Shown: positions 36,834-48,991 of the stretch, piece by piece | How the letters are laid out: each line of letters opens with the position of its first letter | Position numbering within the stretch: position 1 is the first letter of the stretch | NCBI GenBank assembly: GCA_027923505.1 | Contig: BROI01000002.1 | Location: forward strand, 1,984,001-2,048,000 | From: Mayamaea pseudoterrestris | Lineage: Eukaryota | Direction of reading: 5' to 3' | Length of the DNA stretch: 64,000 nucleotides | The notes under the pieces: model-generated | Told to the model about the DNA's origin: nothing | What the model saw: the letters and a program-made list of their open reading frames with translations, nothing else | The model's database searches: none | Translations under genes and position numbers: made by a program

Positions 36834-38028
36834 TATGATAATGATGTTTTTTGTCGAAACTGCTTTTTCGGTTGCGTGTCCTCCGTCAAAATGACCAAGA
36901 TTGTTTCGTGTAATTGAAATGGAGGACAGATACAGTAAATTTTGATTGAATCGTTATTTGCTGTCCGGTTCAGTAAGTACTTGATGCTTCCTGGAGCGAC
37001 TACAAACCGTACCGTCAAGTACAGTAGAAGTCAAGGAGAATAATGAAAGCGGCGACTTTTGTGATGTGCAGATTCGTTGCAGGAGCGTGCGGTGCCATGG
37101 CGCGCCACGAACCGTGAATGACGTCATAAAATGTTTATTCATTCACGCTTAAAATAGAGTTACTCTCCCACTGGCAGAACTTGGAGACTACCGGTTGATG
37201 GGCTAAAGATGAATGCATTTCCTTTCTACATCATGAAACAATGTCTGTCAACTGCCAGCCATCAACTATTGGTACCTCTCTGGCATGTAAAGTGGGTCAT
37301 GGCAGCGTACTACTATGGACAAATCTGGGGCCACAAAATTCAGGCAGTCCTGGTGGCAGAACTTGGAAACTAAATGGGTTAAAGATGAATACATTGCACT
37401 TTCTACATCATAATCTAATGCCTGTCAACGGCCAGCTATATACAAGGTCGGCTGCCGCCGTTGGCACTGACCCAATCTGGAGTTGGATGGCAGGTTGGTC
37501 TATCAGTGGGCGGTTGCAATGGATAGGCAGTCTTGTTGTACTGTTCGCAAGACAGCGGTCGGGCAGCTATCCAACTATTGCCTGCATCAGCGTAGCTAAC
37601 AGCCTGTGCGGGACCTGTTCGCACGCGACTCTTCGTACAGTTCGCAAGAGACAGCGGTTGGGTAGCTATGTGACATAATATGTCGCATCGCAGTGAATTT
37701 CACCCCTGGACCCTCGAAATGCTCGGCTGGCTCAAATTGCAGTGGCCCGCTCATCGACTGCTCATCGACTGGCTCACAATCTGCCATGAAAATGCCTTTA
37801 CGCCTCATATTTCACCAATAAAAGAATGTTTTGATGGTAGCTATTAGTTTATCATATACAGTAGTACATAAAACAATGGTTGCAACAACTAGAGGGTGCG
37901 TTTTGCACCCCATCCTACGGCGTAAGTTTGTGTCGGTCATGGCGTTAAGTCCAAAACGTGTTCAGTACCGGGTCGAGGGTCTGCACTAGAGTAATGCAGT
38001 TACGCACACACGCACGCGTAAAACTTTT

Positions 38029-38091
38029 AACTCACTGAGCCCGTTCCGGGTCAGTGACTTTAAACTCACTGAGCCCGTTCCGGGTCAGTGA
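38029..38091. repeat. Tandemly duplicated hairpin (34-bp period, 2 copies)
   Basis: TCACTGAGCCCG-TTC-CGGGTCAGTGA at 38032 and 38066. Confidence 0.9.
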
Positions 38092-38301
38092 TTTATACCT
38101 CTCTAGCCGTTGGAGTAGGTCGTGCCAATCTACAGAGTTACGTAAGTCGCACCGGTTATCGCTTGACTCGTACCGGTTATCTTTCGGTCCCATCGCTTCG
38201 ATACACGCAGCCAACAGCCACACCACAAAACTTTGTCCGCTGGACCATGGGAAAATGTTGACTGAAAGCCTGTCAAATTCTTACAAAAGAGTTCATGCAT
38301 C

Positions 38302-41300
38302 ATGCGGAGAAATGAAATACCAGTTAGTCACAATCAGTGGGATAAAAACAAGCGAGGCTATAGCGGAAATGGCCGAGCCGTAGCAACGGCTGAAATGGGG
38401 CGAAGGACTTCATCGTTACACAACAACGTGAACCACCGGCCCGCCAAGCTGGCAAGATACGAGTCGCAAATTTCTCGAGACGCTCATGGAGCTCCTACTG
38501 CTGCAGCAGCTCTGAATTTACGACAGCAGCAGCTGCAGCAGCAGCAACATCCATCTCGACCAATGGCGCCCGCAGCGCAAGCAGCAGCAACAGCAATAAA
38601 TCCACTCAACGGAATCACCAAGCCGGCGCCCACGATGCTTCGCAAGCGAGGTAGGGCAGCTGCTCTACTGAACCCAAGTGCTGCTCCTTTGCAAAAGCCT
38701 CCTCCTGCTCCTCGTGTACTCATGCCGCCAGACGTCAAGCCAGCACTGCCCATGCAGCGACACGCAAATCATTCTCCTTTTGTACGAGCAGCGCATGTGC
38801 ACCCTAATGAACGGAGAGACTCTTGGAATGGCAATAATGGACATAGAAATAGCACCAACCATGGACTAAGGGAAGGTTCAGGGCATGCTGCTGGTGGGAA
38901 TCGTCTGGAGCGTCGTGGGAGTCAAGAGCCAACTGCTTCATCGTCGAACCCGGCGGGCTCGAGTCATCTGCAACGTCCTCCGCAGCAACAAAAACATTGG
39001 CTGCAGTCAAATCTTGAGCGAAATAATGATACTTCTCGTCAACAATCTCATTTAAACTACAATTCGTATCAAACTAAACCGAACGGAGGGTCGTTACGCG
39101 GCCAAGAGGAGCGGTTGCATCTACAACGGGATTTTAACATGCCTCGGATTCCTAGACGAAACGACAATGGCAATGCGGTTGACCTTCAACGGAACCAACA
39201 TCAAAGAAGCTTGCAAGTAAAGAGAGAAGGTCATGATAGTCCCTCTCAAACGAAACCAAAGATGCAAGACTATATAAAGACACTGACGAGAAACACATCT
39301 GTCACGTCGACTGACGCGGATAGTCAATGGGGCGCTCCGCCGCGAAATGCACATGACACTGAGCAATTACCAGCTGCTGGTATCAATGCGCAAGACGTTC
39401 GAAACCGGCAAGGACAATTGCTTCCGAAATATTCCAGGGACAGTCGATGCATTCCGATGCGACCACCCTTTCGTCAGACTAGAGACTCTTCGCTCAATGT
39501 GGGACGTTTGGTGTCGGACGATCAGGCTTCTTCCCATGATGATTCTAATAACAGCAGTCCGATGCATGGTATAGAGCCCTTGCAGAATGATGAAATAGAG
39601 CTTCCGAAAGACTTGCTGACGATCAAGCCTCCATACAGCAAAAGTGACGATTTGCCACCAATCGCAAAGCGGCAGAAAAGAAACGAATCGGAGAGTGTAT
39701 CAGCGCGGCCGCCGCTGGATCAGGACAATGATGAGGCTGCTGATAGTACTGCAACATTGAAGAATCATGACTTGGCATGTAGTAGTGGAAATGCGTTAGT
39801 CGAACCATCCACTACAAGAGAACTGAGTAATGTTGGACGAAGGCACGCATCTCCACCTCGTAGACCACTTGTAGCTGCCATGGGTTCCTTGTCACCCGGC
39901 AATGTGCTTGCTCTACCTTCATCGGAACGCATGGACAAGTCATCCATTACTAAGTCTCGCTTACCCATGAAGCAGCAGCAGCAGCAGCAGCTTGTCAAGA
40001 CTAAGAGGAAATTACACAATCATCAACTGCCACAATTGCAGGAAATGGTGACTGATAATTTACGGGCAGATTGTTCGAATAAAGTTGCTAGTAGTCGTAC
40101 CAGCGACTGCAGTTCACATGGTGAGGACAATGCGCTTGGACAGACAAGTAGCAGGGGCGAATCATTAGAGTTAGGAGGGATCGTTGAACAGCATGGTTCG
40201 CCACACTCGACCACAGATGCCGACACCAGCGGCGTCAGTGATGATTTACTTGACGATTCGTACGATGCGACGGAGCAAGATGCAGCATCGTCACCGTTGA
40301 ATAAGAATCACATAATAATGACTGTGGATTCCAATCACGCGGCGAGGGATGGGAACACTGCCACCGCTCAGCTTCCCGAGGCGCAAGCAAAGGAATGGTG
40401 TAATGGAAGCAATGAAGAGCGAGACGATATTTCAAAGTTGAGCACGTCAAGTAATGCGAGAGCGAAGGAGCCACCGATAGCTTTAGTTGTTGAACGTGGC
40501 ATGGCGTCTGTCCGATCGAGTATTATTGTTGACGACAGTAGCGATTCGGATAGTGACATTGAATCGGCTGCGAATCAACGTCACAATCGCGATAAAGTTG
40601 CTGAAGACTTGACTGCGCTACATGCCGTCATTGAGTGCCATGACAATAGCAGCAGCCCACCAACAAGTCTGGAACGATTGGACGCGGGTAAGTTAAGCAG
40701 TGAGTGTCGATTATCCAACAATAATTCTGGTCTTGGCTTTGAAGATTCGCGCACAAGCAATGAAGAGAGAAATGTCGCGAATAGTTTGCAGGTCGTCGAC
40801 GATTCTCGAAGGCTTTCAAATGATGTTAATGCGGTGGCAATTGACAAGCAGACAGATGCTGAAGCTGCTGCTAGCACTACAGGGAACAACGAGCCCAAGT
40901 TGCCATCGAAACAACCTGATCGTGCTCCGATGAACTGCAGCGAAACTCCAAATGTCTTCGACGCGTTTGCAGCAAAGCCAGTTTCTCCGAGAAAGATTGA
41001 TGTGCTCGTTGGAGCTGACGGAGCCTTTTCAAATGAGAACGACCGCCATCCGCTTTTCGCTCTTATCGATGCGCAGCAAAGGAGGTACAACGAAGCGACA
41101 TCACCCGATGACAAGGAGTTTATTCTTGCTCAGGTTATTATTGATCTGGACGAATGTGGAACGAGGATTTTGGAGAAAGGAAATTGCGGATGGGTGCCAT
41201 TAGAATCTCCGCGAAAATTGGAGTTCTTACATAGTGCCTTCCGGAAAGGTGGTCGACAGCACGAACGGATTGATCCGGATAAGTGCGACATTCTGATTGA

Positions 41301-42408
41301 CGAAAATGATAGGAACTTAAACGAAAGCCAACGGCATCTACTCGCTGCGTCCGTATCGGCTCGGCAACTTGAATATAATTGCACTTTATTGAGTGAGCGG
41401 AAAAAGGCGATTGTCCTGGATGTAATAGAGGAATTAAGAGAATGCGGCTCACGATTTTTGGTGAAGGTAGATACTTATTGGACATTAGCGGATGCTGAAC
41501 GCATTGAAGCGTTCGTCCACAGCTGCTTTCGCGGAGATGACTCAGACTTGCATCAACATCATGATATTCTTTTGCAGAATGTGCAAAAACGAGCCAAGAA
41601 TATAATGAATGGCGAATTAGTAGTTGAACGTAGCGGTAACGCGATAAATAATGGAGCGGACAGTGTATTCTCCGACGATTCGAGCGGAATGAGCTCGTCT
41701 CTCCTTGGTGCTGGTAAGCACGGCGCTGGCTCTTCGCCGGATATGAGCGCAAGAAACTTTGCATGTGACAGCAGACGGTTTAAAAGCCAAGGCATCAGCC
41801 CACGCGGAATGATTGTCGTCGCTAAACGGCCACCTACTGGTATACAACACGCTTTACTGTCGGTGAATACGCAAAAGACTCAGCAATTCAAGTGTTCGGA
41901 AAGGGATCAAGGTCTTCCTGCGGCTAAGTGCGACAGATTGGACCATAAGGGCGTTGCGAGGACAGAAGAGGCCACTCGACTTTTTGACTTTCCTCATGAT
42001 CCTATTTTCGAAACGGATTGTATACTCAATCCTCTTGAAATGCAGCTGCTGTGGCTGGGCGAGGAGAGCATGTTTAGCATGGGCGAGGCGGAGTTTCAAT
42101 TTGACTTTATTTATGCCTATGCCACGAAAGCACTTCGTGTCGAGATCAGGAAACTGAACCTAGACTCATCGGAATCGGCAAAGATTTGCCAAATTATCAG
42201 GAGCGACTGGCAGGTCCGTCGCAGGTTTAAAGACGGACGAGTGCAAATTCGAAAAATGCTCAATCAGGGGTATAGGCGCCAAGCTACAGGTTCCGCCATC
42301 GCCCAAATCCGTGTTTCGAGACGCCTGGGTAAAAAGCTTACAGAGTTTCCGCCGATGGTTCATCGCCTGGCCAGTTGTCCGGACGTCGTTGCGACTTCGG
42401 TCACGTAA
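38302..42408 (+). CDS. Large disordered protein with two DUF6824-like repeats and shared C-terminal domain
   Basis: 1368-aa ORF; repeats IDVLVG...RYNEA...KEFIL..VI..L.ECGTRIL...W and CDILID...YN...KKAIV.DVI.EL.ECGSRFL...W; C-terminus paralogous to 34374-34835. Confidence 0.8.
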   Translation: MRRNEIPVSHNQWDKNKRGYSGNGRAVATAEMGRRTSSLHNNVNHRPAKLARYESQISRDAHGAPTAAAALNLRQQQLQQQQHPSRPMAPAAQAAATAINPLNGITKPAPTMLRKRGRAAALLNPSAAPLQKPPPAPRVLMPPDVKPALPMQRHANHSPFVRAAHVHPNERRDSWNGNNGHRNSTNHGLREGSGHAAGGNRLERRGSQEPTASSSNPAGSSHLQRPPQQQKHWLQSNLERNNDTSRQQSHLNYNSYQTKPNGGSLRGQEERLHLQRDFNMPRIPRRNDNGNAVDLQRNQHQRSLQVKREGHDSPSQTKPKMQDYIKTLTRNTSVTSTDADSQWGAPPRNAHDTEQLPAAGINAQDVRNRQGQLLPKYSRDSRCIPMRPPFRQTRDSSLNVGRLVSDDQASSHDDSNNSSPMHGIEPLQNDEIELPKDLLTIKPPYSKSDDLPPIAKRQKRNESESVSARPPLDQDNDEAADSTATLKNHDLACSSGNALVEPSTTRELSNVGRRHASPPRRPLVAAMGSLSPGNVLALPSSERMDKSSITKSRLPMKQQQQQQLVKTKRKLHNHQLPQLQEMVTDNLRADCSNKVASSRTSDCSSHGEDNALGQTSSRGESLELGGIVEQHGSPHSTTDADTSGVSDDLLDDSYDATEQDAASSPLNKNHIIMTVDSNHAARDGNTATAQLPEAQAKEWCNGSNEERDDISKLSTSSNARAKEPPIALVVERGMASVRSSIIVDDSSDSDSDIESAANQRHNRDKVAEDLTALHAVIECHDNSSSPPTSLERLDAGKLSSECRLSNNNSGLGFEDSRTSNEERNVANSLQVVDDSRRLSNDVNAVAIDKQTDAEAAASTTGNNEPKLPSKQPDRAPMNCSETPNVFDAFAAKPVSPRKIDVLVGADGAFSNENDRHPLFALIDAQQRRYNEATSPDDKEFILAQVIIDLDECGTRILEKGNCGWVPLESPRKLEFLHSAFRKGGRQHERIDPDKCDILIDENDRNLNESQRHLLAASVSARQLEYNCTLLSERKKAIVLDVIEELRECGSRFLVKVDTYWTLADAERIEAFVHSCFRGDDSDLHQHHDILLQNVQKRAKNIMNGELVVERSGNAINNGADSVFSDDSSGMSSSLLGAGKHGAGSSPDMSARNFACDSRRFKSQGISPRGMIVVAKRPPTGIQHALLSVNTQKTQQFKCSERDQGLPAAKCDRLDHKGVARTEEATRLFDFPHDPIFETDCILNPLEMQLLWLGEESMFSMGEAEFQFDFIYAYATKALRVEIRKLNLDSSESAKICQIIRSDWQVRRRFKDGRVQIRKMLNQGYRRQATGSAIAQIRVSRRLGKKLTEFPPMVHRLASCPDVVATSVT

Positions 42409-42536
42409 GATTTGCGTCGACTTCAGCAACTAATCCAGAGGTGCGGCTTGGACAGCGACACTACTAAACAACGATAGACTTCAAAACATGCAGGTAATCT
42501 ATTTGCGAGAATTGCTAGCTATGTCAGGACAAGAAG

Positions 42537-45500
42537 CTAACGCTGTTGAAGACGTTTCGCATTCTTAACACCTTTGTCCTTGCGAGTCACTAAACCCGCT
42601 GTCTTCGCCCCTCCAAAATTCCGCTTCTTTTCTGGCGCTTCCAATTCTTCAATATCTATAACTGGAGCAGCTTCGATACGGGTCGTTCCTTTCACATATC
42701 TCGACTCAATCTTCTCCTTCAGCTTGTTGCTGCGATCCATGTAGAATTTATAATCACCCTGGTATTTGACGAGATCTCTGTCCTCGATCGCAATAATTGT
42801 ATTCGCACACCTTGAAATGAAGTAACGATCGTGAGATACGATCATGACCGAGCCAGCAAAGTTCTGCAGCGCCTCTTCCAGCATTTGCTTGGCCGGAATC
42901 TAGAAAAAGAAAGCCAAATTTCACAGTGGGTGAGAACAAGCTTGAATGCCGAGATATACTCCACAGCTTAGGTTCACTATAAAAACACGTTTCTTCACAA
43001 ATTAAAGGCTCACATCTAAATGGTTCGTTGGCTGTAAAGTTCAACATGGGTAGTGTAAATTTTAGCACGGGTAAGACTGTGCTTCGCTAAACGTCAGACC
43101 ATATCGCTGCATATACATACCTCGTCCAATATTAAAAAGTTTGCTGGTCGAAGCATCATGCAGCAAAGCGACAAACGCGCCTTTTCTCCTCCGCTCAAGC
43201 TTCGGACCTTCTTTTCTGCAGCGTCACCTTTAAACAAAAATTGACCAAGCAATGCCCGCAGCTCGTTGTACGATTGTCCATTGCTGGCGCCCTGTATCGT
43301 TTCAAGCACGGTCTTGTCGAGATCAAGTGCATCCGCCTGATTCTGCTCAAAGTAGTTCATTACCACATTTTGGCCGACGATCTTTGCCATACCAGTGTCG
43401 GGTGACTCTGTCCCGACGAGCAATCGTAGAAGGGTACTTTTTCCGGAGCCTAATTGTTGCCAAATGTGCATGTTAGCTGACCGTCATTATATTCCAATCA
43501 GAGGCTGCAGCATAAACAAACTTACCGTTCGGCCCTACAACGGCAATACGATCGCCTTTTTCAATCAGAAGATCGACACTCTCGAACAGCCGATTCTGGG
43601 TTTGTTCGTTGCGGTACGCGTGCGACAAGCCAGCGATCTCAGCCACTTCCGGACTCAAGCGAGGAGCGTCTGGAAACCGAAATCGAAAAGGTTTGCCGGT
43701 GAAAGGTGGCTTTTGAACATATTCTTCACTAGCTTTGAACTTTTCCAGCTTGGCAATCCTTTGTTTAACGGCTTGTGGCTGCTTCACTTTGAAACGGCTT
43801 ATCCACTCTTTCTCTTCTTTGATCTTCTTCTCTTGTGCGGCGTACGCGGCGTTCCAAGCATCCATGCGAGCCTGCTTCAGCACGAGAAAGCGCGAATAAT
43901 TGCCATCGTACTCGGTGCAGATGCCGCCTTCAGCATCAACAATTTTAGTGCAAACCTGATCCAAAAACTCTCGATCGTGACTGACAATAACCATTGGTAT
44001 GTTCTGCTCTCTCAAAAACGCCTCGAGCCATTCGACAGAATTCAAATCCAAATGATTAGTTGGCTATAGATTATAGGAGGCGCGAGTCAGTAAACAGTTT
44101 TGGCATGCCAGTGATTTCCCCACCCTCCTATCGTACCTCGTCCAACAATAACACGTTTGGATCCTTCAGCAAGACTTTGCCCAGACCAATTCTCATCTTC
44201 CATCCACCCGAAAAGCTAGCAATCAAATCATCGCCCTCATCATCATTGAAACCCATGACATCCATTACTTTCTTTATGCGACTTTCGAGTGCGTAGACTT
44301 CCTTATTTTCGGCAAGATTCTGCAGCTCCTGCATGCGATCCAAAATCTGCTGCATGCGATCGACATCCTCGGGCGGCGAATTGCCTAATTCCGTCTCACA
44401 GTCTTTGAGCTCTTGCAAAATCTTATTCTCCTCCTCGAAAACTGACAAAAGCTCCTCGCGCAAGGTTCGCCCAGGCACTAGCTCGTCTACGAACTCCTGT
44501 CGAAGCATGGCGACACGCAAGTCACCACTGGACTTGACGACATCTCCCGTCGTCGGCTCCAACTCACCAGCGAGAATGCGAAGCTGTGTTGTCTTTCCAG
44601 CGCCTGTTAAGAAGATGTTTGTGAATACTCACTCGTCCTTGTGACTACCCCTTATAATATATATAACAACCTGTCTACACAAACTTACCATTTGCTCCCA
44701 CCAATCCAATGCGATCACCCGTCTGCACACCCCATGTGACATCCTTGAGCACCGCTTGGTTGCGAAACATGATACCCACATTTTCCAGTCGCAGCGACGT
44801 GTACCCGGGTTGCGAACTTTCCATGACGCGAATCCGCGGCGGCGGACGCTCCCGACGAATCTTGTCCTCCAGTGTCAATTGACCAGGTCTACTAACGGCG
44901 TACTCTCCCTCGCCGTCCATGTCGTCGTCGGAATACTCCAAATCGTCGAGTTGGTTGTCATTGTCGTCATCAGACTTGCCATTGACGCTCTCGGCAGATC
45001 CATTCAAATCAATCTGAGCATCACCGTCGCCATCATCACCATCACCATCTGCCACTTGCGGATTGTTGTTCTGCGCCTTTTTGGCCGCCTTGCGCTCCAT
45101 GCGCAGCGCCTCTTTTTCTTGCTTCTTTTTGAGCTCCTTGAGTTCCTTTTTCGATAGCACTGGCTCATCGGGATCAGTGTTGGAAGCAACATTGGCGTGG
45201 TATTCGTCGGCTTGCTGCTCCAGCAGTAGCATCTTTTCCATTTTGGAGAGCGGTCTGGGTGTCTCCGTTTCAGCATGAATGTTTATCTCTGCTTCTGCTA
45301 CTTCTGGCTTGCTCTTGACAACTGGTGCATCATCGACTGCATTTGCTTGTTGCTGCTGCTGTTGCTTGGCTTGTTGCTTCTTCTTCTTTTCAAGTTCCTT
45401 AAGCTCCTTCAACGACAATGGAGCATCCATCAAGGCTGTAGACTGTTCCAGCTTCTCCAAAGCATCAAGAGCGGCAGATGCTGCCTTGACTTTTTTCTTG

Positions 45501-45661
45501 GCGGCGTATAGTCTTGTTGTCGATGAAACGTGATGGGTCGTTGTCGAGTAAAATGTTGGTTTTACGATGGAGAAGGCTTTCGTCGATTCGGATAAAGCCA
45601 GCCAAAGTAGTGCGACTAGACAGGGTCGCTGTAATCTCCGTTTATTAATCAGCGTCCTCAT
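42537..45661 (-). CDS. ABC-F family translation-associated ATPase, probably plastid-targeted; introns 44604-44688, 44064-44136, 43450-43525, 43032-43120, 42900-43013
   Basis: Two NBDs after splicing: GANGAGKT/FSGGWKMR/LLDEPTNHLD/VSHDR and GPNGSGKS/LSGGEKAR/ILDEPTNHLD/VSHDR; no TM domain; signal peptide followed by TKAFSIVKP. Confidence 0.92.
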
Positions 45662-46039
45662 GCTTGCGCGGTCCAGTCGAGGTGATGGATTTAAATGCAA
45701 CGGCGCAAACTCGAACGGGTGAATGGTCATGGTGGACGAAAAAGCGAAAGAACTTGGCGCGCCGACGTGTTCCTTCACGACCCGGACGTAGATGAGTCAC
45801 TATGGGGTATAGTGTACTCATTTCACATCAATCAAGCGTTCGAAAACCTCTGATTACTATAGAACTTCAAGTAGTATGACGTCTTATCGAACGCCTTTGA
45901 GCACTGACGTCGGCTTGGAAATGGACTCGTGATTGCGCACCGTCCATCTCGTTTTCGACGGCCATGACGAAGAAAACGACGAGCCATCACTTCATACGAC
46001 AGATTCACAGTAGTTGCAGTCCATTTCACAATTGCCACC

Positions 46040-46821
46040 ATGTTTTGCAATCTGGCAATTCTCCTTCTAGCATTGACATGTAGCACCTCTAGTGCTTTTG
46101 TGCCTCGACCAGCACTCTCCTTTGCTCGATCAACTTCTTCATCACTGCAAGTCGCCATTGACACTAGCGACATTAAGAATGGCATGACGGTTCAAATTGA
46201 CGGTGAACCATACAAGGTCTTGTCGTTTAGCATTATGAAGCAAGCACGAGGGGCTGCCAAGACGACCATCAAGTTCAAGAATCTAATGAGAGGCAACACG
46301 ATCGAAAATACCTACCGAAGTGGAGAAAAGTTTGAAACGGCCATGATTGAAAAGAAGGATGTCATATTTTCGTATGAAGATGGAGTAAGTGTAATAATGA
46401 TTATGACTATGATTCTGAGAGAAGGGTTTTGCGTGATATAGTTAGGTTTCTCGCTTGCTAACATTATGCGTCATCATTTTCACTACAGCAAAACTTTTTC
46501 TTCATGGACTCGGCAAGCTTCGAGGAGGTCGCCGTCGATGTCAAGATTGTCGGCGACAAGGCCCAGTGGCTGACGGAAGGAGGTGCACTGACGCTGGTGG
46601 AGTTTAACGACAAGATTATTGAGGTGGTCACGCCGTCGCCATGTGTTTACACTATCACAGAGACGGAACCAAACGTCAAGGGTAACACGGCGCAGGGCTA
46701 CACCAAGCCGGCGACGCTGGACTGCGGTGCCACCATTAGCGTGCCGGGATATTTGGATGTTGGACAAAGGGTTCGCGTTGACACCGAAAAGGGTGTCTTT
46801 CAGGAGCGAGTGAATGAGTGA
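46040..46821 (+). CDS. efp: Elongation factor P, plastid-targeted; intron 46385-46488
   Basis: Signal peptide plus SSAFVP; DIKNGMTVQIDGEPYKV, YRSGEKFE, FFMD..SFEEV, TEPNVKGNTAQGYTKPATLDCGATISVP, VRVDT. Confidence 0.93.
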
Positions 46822-46932
46822 AGTAAGCATGGAAACAATCTGAATCTGCTCAATGCTACTTTCATGATTTGTGTCAATGATTAACGCTAATTATCCACGT
46901 ATAGCTATAATGTGTAGCAGCCTATTCTTTCT

Positions 46933-48495
46933 CTACGCCACAACCTTGGCATCTCCCATCCACGCAGTCTTTCTAAAGTTGATGCCAGCGTAGACCGTGT
47001 TGTCGGCTCCGAGTTCCTCCTCGATGCGCAAAAGCTGATTGTACTTGGCCAAGCGTTCCGATCGGCAGGGAGCGCCCGTCTTGATTTGACCCGTGCACAA
47101 ACCAACCGCCAAGTCGGCAATGTACGTGTCTTCGGTTTCACCCGAGCGATGCGACGTCATGACGCCCCACCCAGCCTCCTTGGCCATTTTGACAGCGGCA
47201 ATCGACTCCGAAATAGATCCAATCTGGTTCACTTTGAGCAACAAGCAGGTGCAAGCCTTTTCGTCAATGGCGCGAGAAATTTTTTCAATATTGGTCACGG
47301 TCAAGTCATCGCCAACCACTTGGAACTTTTCGCCGTAGTTCCCAGTGAACTTGGACCAGTTGGCCCAGTCATCCTCGTCAAACCTGCAAATCAAAGGAAT
47401 TGACGATTGAGTCAACAAAATTGTAATCATTCAAACATAGGCCAGGTACATGGTTTGTACTTACGGATCCTCAATCGTCACAATTGGAAAGTCGGCTGCC
47501 AAGGACTTGTACAGGTCACCAAGTTCTTGACCCGAAATGACATTGCCATCATGTTTGAAGTCAAGATCGTACCCATCCTCTCCCTTGACCTTGAACTCGC
47601 TGGCCGCAACATCGAGACCAATCGTGCACTTGCCGTCGTAGCCAGCTTTCTTGATGGCCTCCATGATGAGGTCGCAGCCTTCGCGAATGTCACATGGCGG
47701 TGCAAAACCACCTTCGTCACCAATCAAGGTTGCGTCGCCACCGAATTTGGCTGTGACAGAAACGAATTGACGAATGAGTCAACAAGAATGCAAGCATTCT
47801 AATATAGGCCATTAGCATGGTTTGTACTCACATTTGATAATCTTTCCGAGTGTGTGGTACACTTCACACCCAACTGAAAAAAGGACATATAGCAGTTGAG
47901 TTAAATTCAGTGTAAAGCAAAACCGCGCTTGGAACTGCTACTCACTCTGCATGGCTTCCGCAAACGTCTTGGCGCCAGTCGGAATGACGAAATACTCTTG
48001 AAAGGCCAACTTGTTGCCTGCGTGCGATCCTCCATTAATCACGTTAAAGCACGGAACTGGCATGGTGTAATGATCAAGCTTGTTTCCAGCCAAATCGGCG
48101 TAGTGCTTGTACAATGGCACATTCTTGGACGCCGCGCCAGCCTTGCTGACGGCCAAGGAGATTCCCAAAATGGCGTTTGCTCCAAGGTTCGCCTTGTTTT
48201 TGGTGCCATCCAGTTTAAGCATGACATCATCAATCTCCTGCTGCTTGACAGGATCCATACCCTTGACGGCAGGTCCCAATACATCATTGACATTCTTGAC
48301 CGCCGTCAGTACGCCCTTGCCAAGGTAGCGGTCACCTCCGTCGCGCAGCTCGACGGCTTCGTAGGCACCCGTCGATGCGCCCGATGGCACCGACGCCCGA
48401 AACAAGCCGTCCTCCGTCGTCACTTCGACCTCGACGGTGGGGTTGCCGCGAGAATCCAAAATTTCGCGGGCGTGGACCGATTGAACGGAAGCCAT
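46933..48495 (-). CDS. ENO: Enolase; introns 47874-47945, 47751-47831, 47384-47464
   Basis: [79 protein letters not shown]; splice sites restore frame. Confidence 0.97.
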
Positions 48496-48991
48496 GAGTG
48501 AAGATGTTGTAAATGATGATGAGGAAGTGGAAGCTTTTCGGGGAGCAAAAGCGAGAGATGAGTCTGTCAAAGAGAGCGATTGATGGTGAGTTTATCAAAG
48601 AAGGGTTCGATTTTGCTCAAGACGACAAAATCGACGTCGAATCTCGAAATGTACGACGAAATTCAAGGATTTGGATCTTTCACCAACCGATCTTTCGATG
48701 TCGAATCTGAAGAAAATGGTCATCTACCTATTGATTTACGCACCAATGGAACTCAGTAATACGGCGAATAGCGTCGTCTTGAGAAGCATCATGGTACTTG
48801 TTACGAAGGATCTTCAAGACTTGTCTGACGAATGAACGAGTCGATTTCGATTGATGCGCAGATGCGCGCAGGATCGCTGACGACTCGCATTGTGGCGCGC
48901 TGGCTTTGGCGTCGTAGCGGTTTTAAAGCTTGTTGCGGTGCGACATCGACATGCTGGACTCGATCCGTCACAAAAGCACATAAACTTCACC

